64,000 nt of DNA from the human T2T-CHM13v2.0 reference genome, Homo sapiens. The stretch's first letter is position 1. Every line of letters starts with the position of its first letter. Shown piece after piece: positions 58,401 through 64,000 of the stretch. The stretch lies in the NCBI RefSeq assembly GCF_009914755.1, contig NC_060933.1; one strand, 5' to 3'. Under the pieces are notes generated by a model, which made no database searches, had not been told where the DNA came from, and worked only from the letters and a program-made list of their open reading frames with translations. Made by a program: the position numbers and the translations under genes.

Positions 58401-61400
58401 CCCTTCTTTTCCGTTCCATTCCATTCCATTCCATTCCATTCCGTTCCGTTCCGTTCCATTCCATTCCATTCCATTCCATTCCGTTCCGTTCCATTCCATT
58501 CCATTCCATTCTATACGGGTTAATTCCATTCCATTCCATTCGATTGCAATCGAGTTGATTCCATTCCATTCCATTGCATTCCATTCCATTCCATTCCATT
58601 CCTTTCCATTCCATTACGGATGATTCCATTCCATTGCAATCCATACCATTCCATTCCCCTATACTCAGGTTGATTCCATTCCATTCCATTCCAATCCATG
58701 CCATTCCACTCGTGTTGATTCCATTCTTTCCATTCCATTCAAGTTGAATCCATTCCATTGCATTCCATTCCATTCGATTCCATTCGATTGCACTCGGGTT
58801 GATTCCATTCCATTGCATTCCATTCCATTCCATTCCATTCCATTCCGTTCCATTCCATTTCATTACATTCAGATTGACTCTATTCAATTCCCTTACACTC
58901 CATTATATTCCAATCCATTCTGGTTGTCTCCATTCCATTCCATTCCATTTCATTCCATTCCATTACAATCGAGTTGATTCCATTCCATTCCATTCCATTC
59001 CATTCCATTCCATTCCAGTCCTTTCCATTCCATTCCACTTGGGTTGATTCCATTCTATTAGTTTCCCTTCCATTCCATTCCCTTCCATTCCACTCTGGTT
59101 GATTCCATTCCTTTCCATTCCACTCGAATACATTCCCTCCTATTCCACTCGGAGCGATTCCATTCCATTCCATTCCACTCCATTCCATTGCACTCGGGTT
59201 GATTCCATTCCATTCCATTCCATTCCATTCCATTCCATTCCCTTCCGGATGATTCCATTCCATTGCATTCCGTTCCATTACATTCCCCTGCACTCGCGTT
59301 GATTCCATTTCATTCCATTCCTTTCCATTCAATTCCATTCCATTACAATTCGTTCCATTCCATTCTATTCCGTACCATTCCATTCCCTTCCATACCATTC
59401 CATTCGATTCCATTCCATTCCATTCCGTTCCATTCCGTTCCATTCCATTCCATTCTTTTCTATTCGGATTAATTCCATTCCATTCCATTCCATTCCATTG
59501 TATTCCATTCCATTGCAATCGAGTTGAATCCATTGCATTTCATTCAATCCATTCCATTCCATTCCATTCCGGAAGATTCCATTCCATTGCATTCCATTCC
59601 ATTCCATTCACCTGCACTCGCGTTGATTGCATTCCATTCCATTCCATTCCATTCCATCCGTTCCGTTCCATTCCATTCCATTCCATTCCATTCCATTCCG
59701 TTCCGTTCCATTCCATTCCATTCCATTCTATTCGGGTTAATTCCATTCCATTCCATTCGATTGCAATCGAGTTGATTCCATTCCATTCCACTCCTTTCCA
59801 TTCCAATACGGATGATTCCATTCCATTGCATTCCATTCCATTCCATTCCCCTGTACTCGGGTTGATTCCATTCCATTCCATTCCAATCCATGCCATTCCA
59901 CTCGTGTTGATTCCATTCTTTCCATTCCATTCAAATTGAATCCATTCCATTGCATTCCATTCCATTCGATTCCATTCGATTGCACTCGGGTTGATTCCAT
60001 TCCATTGCATTCCATTCCATTCCATTCCATTCCATTCCGTTCCATTCCATTCCATTACATTCGGATTGATTCTATTCAATTCCCTTACACTCCATTACTT
60101 TCCATTCCATTCGGGTAGTTTCCATTCCATTCCATTCCATTCCTCTCCATTCCATTGCACTCGGGTTGATTCGATTCCATTGCATTTCATTCCATTCCAT
60201 TCCATTCCATTCCGTTCCATTGCATTCGATTACATTCGGATTGATTCTATTCAACTCCCTTACTCTCCATTACATTCAATTCCATTCGGGTTGTTTCTTT
60301 CCATTCCATTCCATTCCACTCCATTCCATTGCCCTCGGGTTGATTCCATTCCATTCCATTCCATTCCATTCCGGAAGATTCCATTCCATTGCATTCCATT
60401 CCATTCCATTCCCCTGCACTCGCGTTGATTCCATTCCATTCCATTATATTCCATTCCATTCCCTTCCTTTCCGTTCCATTCCATTCCATTCCATTCCATT
60501 CCATTCCGTTCCGTTCCATTCCATTCCATTCCATTCTATTCGGGTTAATTCCATTCCATTCCATTCGATTGCAATCGAGTTGATTCCATTCCATTCCATT
60601 CCATTCCATTCCATTCCATTCCATTCCTTTCCATTCCATTACGGATGATTCCATTCCATTGCATTCCATTCCATTCCATTACCCTGTACTCGGGTTGATT
60701 CCATTCCATTCCATTCCAATTCATGCCATTCCACTCGTGTTGATTCCATTCTTTCCATTCCATTCAAGTTGAATCCATTCCATTGCATTCCATTCCATTC
60801 GATTCCATTCGATTGCACTCGGGTTGATTCCATTCCATTGCATTCCATTCCATTCCATTCCATTCCATTCCATTCCATTCCGTTCCATTCCATTCCATTA
60901 CATTCGGATTGATTCTATTCAATTCCCTTACACTCCATTACATTCCATTCCATTCGGGTAGTTTCCATTCCATTCCATTCCATTCCTCTCTATTCCATTG
61001 AACTCGGGTTGATTCCATTCCATTGCATTCCATTCCATTCCATTCAATTCCATTCCGTTCCATTCCATTCCATTACATTCGTATTTATTCTATTCAACTC
61101 CCTTACTCTCCATTACATTCCATTCCATTCGGGTTTTTCCATTCCATTCCATTCCATTCCACTCCATTCCATTGCACTCGGGTTTATTCCATTCCATTCC
61201 ATTCCATTCCGGAAGATTCCATTCCATTGCATTCCATTCCATTCCATTCCCCTGCATTCGCGTTGATTCCATTCCATTCCATTCTATTCCATTCCATTCC
61301 CTTCTTTTCCGTTCCATTCCATTCCATTCCATTCCATTCCGTTCCGTTCCGTTCCATTCCATTCCATTCCATTCCTTTCCGTTCCATTCCATTCCATTCC

Positions 61401-64000
61401 ATTCCATTCCAATCCATTCCATTCCGTTCCATTCCATTGCATTCCATTCTATTCGGGTTAATTCCATTCCATTCCATTCGATTGCAATCGAGTTGATTCC
61501 ATTCCATTCCATTCCATTCCATTCCATTCCATTCCATTCCATTCCTTTCCATTCCATTACGGATGATTCCATTCCATTGCATTCCATTCCATTCCATTCC
61601 CCTGTACTCGTGTTGATTCCATTCCATTCCATTCCAATCCATGCCATTCCACTCGTGTTGATTCCATTCTTTCCATTCCATTCAAGTTGAATCCATTCCA
61701 TTGCATTCCATTCCATTCGATTCCATTCGATTGCACTCGGGTTGATTCCATTCCATTGCATTCCATTCCATTCCATTCCATTCCATTACGTTCCATTCCA
61801 TTCCATTACATTCGGATTGATTCTATTCAATTCCCTTACACTCCATTACATTCCATTCCATTCGGGTAGTTTCCATTCCATTCCATTCCATTCCTCTCCA
61901 TTCCATTGCACTCGGGTTGATTCGATTCCATTGCATTCCATTCCATTCCATTCCATTCCATTCCATTCCGTTCCATTCCATTCGATTACATTCGGATTGA
62001 TTCTATTCAACTCCCTTACTCTCCATTACATTCCATTCCATTCGGGTTGTTCCATTCCATTCCATTCCATTCCACTCCATTCCATTGCACTCGGGTTGAT
62101 TCCATTCAATTCCATTCCATTCCATTGCATTCCATTCCATTCGATTCCATTCGATTGCATTCGGGTTGATTCCATTCCATTGCATTCCATTCCATTCCGT
62201 TCCATTCCATTCCATTCCATTCTATTCCGTTCCATTCCATTCCATTACATTCGGATTCATTCTATTCAATTCCCTTACACTCCATTACATTCCATTCCAT
62301 TCGGGTAGTTTCCATTCCATTCCATTCCATTCCTCTCTATTCCATTGAACTCGGGTTGATTCCATTCCATTGCATTCCATTCCATTCCATTCAATTCCAT
62401 TCCGTTCCATTCCATTCCATTACATTCGGATTTATTCTATTCAACTCCCTTACTCTCCATTACATTCCATTCCATTCGGGTTTTTCCATTCCATTCCATT
62501 CCATTCCACTCCATTCCATTGCACTCGGGTTTATTCCATTCCATTCCATTCTATTCCGGAAGATTCCATTCCATTGCATTCCATTCCATTCCATTCCCCT
62601 GCACTCGCGTTGATTCCATTCCATTCCATTCCATTCCATTCCATTGCATTCCATTCCATTCCTTTCCGTTCCATTCCATTCCATTCCATTCCATTCCAAT
62701 CCATTCCATTCCGTTCCATTCCATTGCATTCCATTCTATTCGGGTTAATTCCATTCCATTCCATTCGATTGCAATCGAGTTGATTCCATTCCATTCCATT
62801 CCATTCCATTCCATTCCATTCCTTTCCATTCCATTACGGATGATTCCATTCCATTGCATTCCATTCCATTCCATTCCCCTGTACTCGGGTTGACTCCATT
62901 CCATTCCATTACAATCCATGCCATTCCACTCGTGTTGATTCCATTCTTTCCATTCCATTCAAGTTGAATCCATTCCATTGCATTCCATTCCATTCCAGTC
63001 CCCTGCAGTCGGGTTGTTTCCATTCCATTCCATTCCATTCCATTCCATTCCATTCCATTCCATTCCGTTCCGTTCCATTCCATTCCATTCTATTCTATTC
63101 GGGTTAATTCCATTCCATTCCATTCCATTCCGTTCCGTTCCATTCCATTCCATTCTATTCTATTCGGGTTAATTCCATTCCATTCCATTCTATTCCATTC
63201 CATTCCATTCCATTCCAATCGAGTTGATTCCATTCCTTTCCATTCCATTCCATTCCACTCCATTCCAGTCCTTTCCATTCCATTCCACTCGGGTTGATTC
63301 CAATGTATTCCTTTCCATTCCATTCAATTCCATTGCAATCCACTTGATTCCATTGCTTTGCATTCCATTCCATTCCATTCCATTCCGGATGATTCCATTC
63401 CATTGCATTCCATTCCATTCCATTCCCCTGCACTCGGGTTGATTCAATTCCATTCCACTCCATTCCGTTCCATTCCATTCCATTGCATTGTATTCGGGTT
63501 AATTCCATTCCATTCCATTCCAGTCCTTTCCATTCCATTCCACTCGGGTTGATTCCATTCTATTAGTTTCCATTCCATTCCATTCCCTTCCATTCCACTC
63601 TGGTTGATTCCATTCCTTTCCATTCCACTCGAATACATTCCCTCCTATTCCACTCGGAACGATTCCATTCCATTCCATTCCATTCCATTCCATTCCATTC
63701 CATTCCATTTCGTTCCACTCCATTCTATTCCGTATCATTCCATTCCATTCCATTGCATTCCATTCCATTCCATTCCATTCCATTGTACTCGGGTTGATTC
63801 AATTCCATTGCATTCCATTCCATTCCATTCCATTCCATTCCGTTGCTTTCCATTCCATTGCATTCGGATTGATTCTATTCAACTCCCTTACTCTCCATTA
63901 CATTCCATTCCATTCGGGTTGTTCCATTCCATTCCATTGCATTCCACTCCATTCCATTGCACTCGGGTTGATTCCATTCCATTCCATTCCATTCCATTCC

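Larger units (their letters stand above)
1..64000 (+). repeat. Human Satellite III (HSat3) pericentromeric array, (CATTC)n with ACTCGGGTTG-type interruptions; probably HSat3B / chr9q12-like
   Basis: Continuous ATTCC pentamers from first to last base. They are interspersed with the classical Sat3 decamer A(C/T)TCGGGTTG and its variants (AATCGAGTTG, ATTCGGGTTA, ACTCGCGTTG, ACTCGTGTTG). No unique sequence and no strand switch. Family call is firm; subfamily and chromosome are tentative. Confidence 0.97.
1..64000 (-). ncRNA. Potential source of stress-induced G-rich Sat III lncRNA ((GGAAU)n), boundaries undefined
   Basis: Family-level knowledge only: heat shock induces G-rich-strand Sat III transcripts via HSF1, mainly from 9q12. 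No TSS or 3' end can be assigned from this sequence. Confidence 0.35.

Noticed and set aside
166-63783. Hundreds of ORFs (MEWNG... on -, IPFHS... on +), up to 428 aa, as protein-coding genes
   Set aside because: A 5-bp repeat without stop codons is open in all six frames. The ORFs overlap in every frame, have no domain-like content, and end wherever an interruption supplies a stop.
1-64000. CRISPR-like repeat/spacer appearance of ACTCGGGTTG motifs separated by variable stretches
   Set aside because: The 'spacers' are just (ATTCC)n of variable length, not unique sequences. There is no leader and no cas gene.
1-64000. DYZ1 (Yq12, 3.6-kb) or chr15 1.8-kb HSat3 higher-order repeat
   Set aside because: No 3.6-kb or 1.8-kb periodicity is seen, and the pentamers here are much less degenerate than in DYZ1.

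Overview
The entire 64 kb is one uninterrupted, single-orientation array of human/great-ape Satellite III (HSat3). The + strand is (CATTC)n, punctuated in pentamer phase by ACTCGGGTTG-type decamers, and the - strand is (GGAAT)n. The motif vocabulary resembles the chr9q12/pHuR98-type (HSat3B) satellite, but that assignment is from recall and needs an alignment. I see no genes, RNA genes, transposons or CRISPR arrays. All listed ORFs (poly-MEWNG / poly-IPFHS) are what a stop-free pentamer produces in every frame. I do not find a new protein-coding system. The interesting signal is structural and regulatory. (i) About 40 perfect three-unit heat-shock elements (TTCcgGAAgaTTC), each overlapping an ETS core and a CpG, are built into one recurrent module. 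(ii) There is a nested hierarchy of 5 bp, ~175 bp dimer, ~840 bp unit and multi-kb duplications (2.75, 4.70, ~5.4 and 5.046 kb) with readable breakpoints and relative ages. (iii) A 14-bp perfect palindrome recurs throughout. (iv) Pentamer phase drifts almost only by -1. All counts and offsets were made by eye and are approximate.
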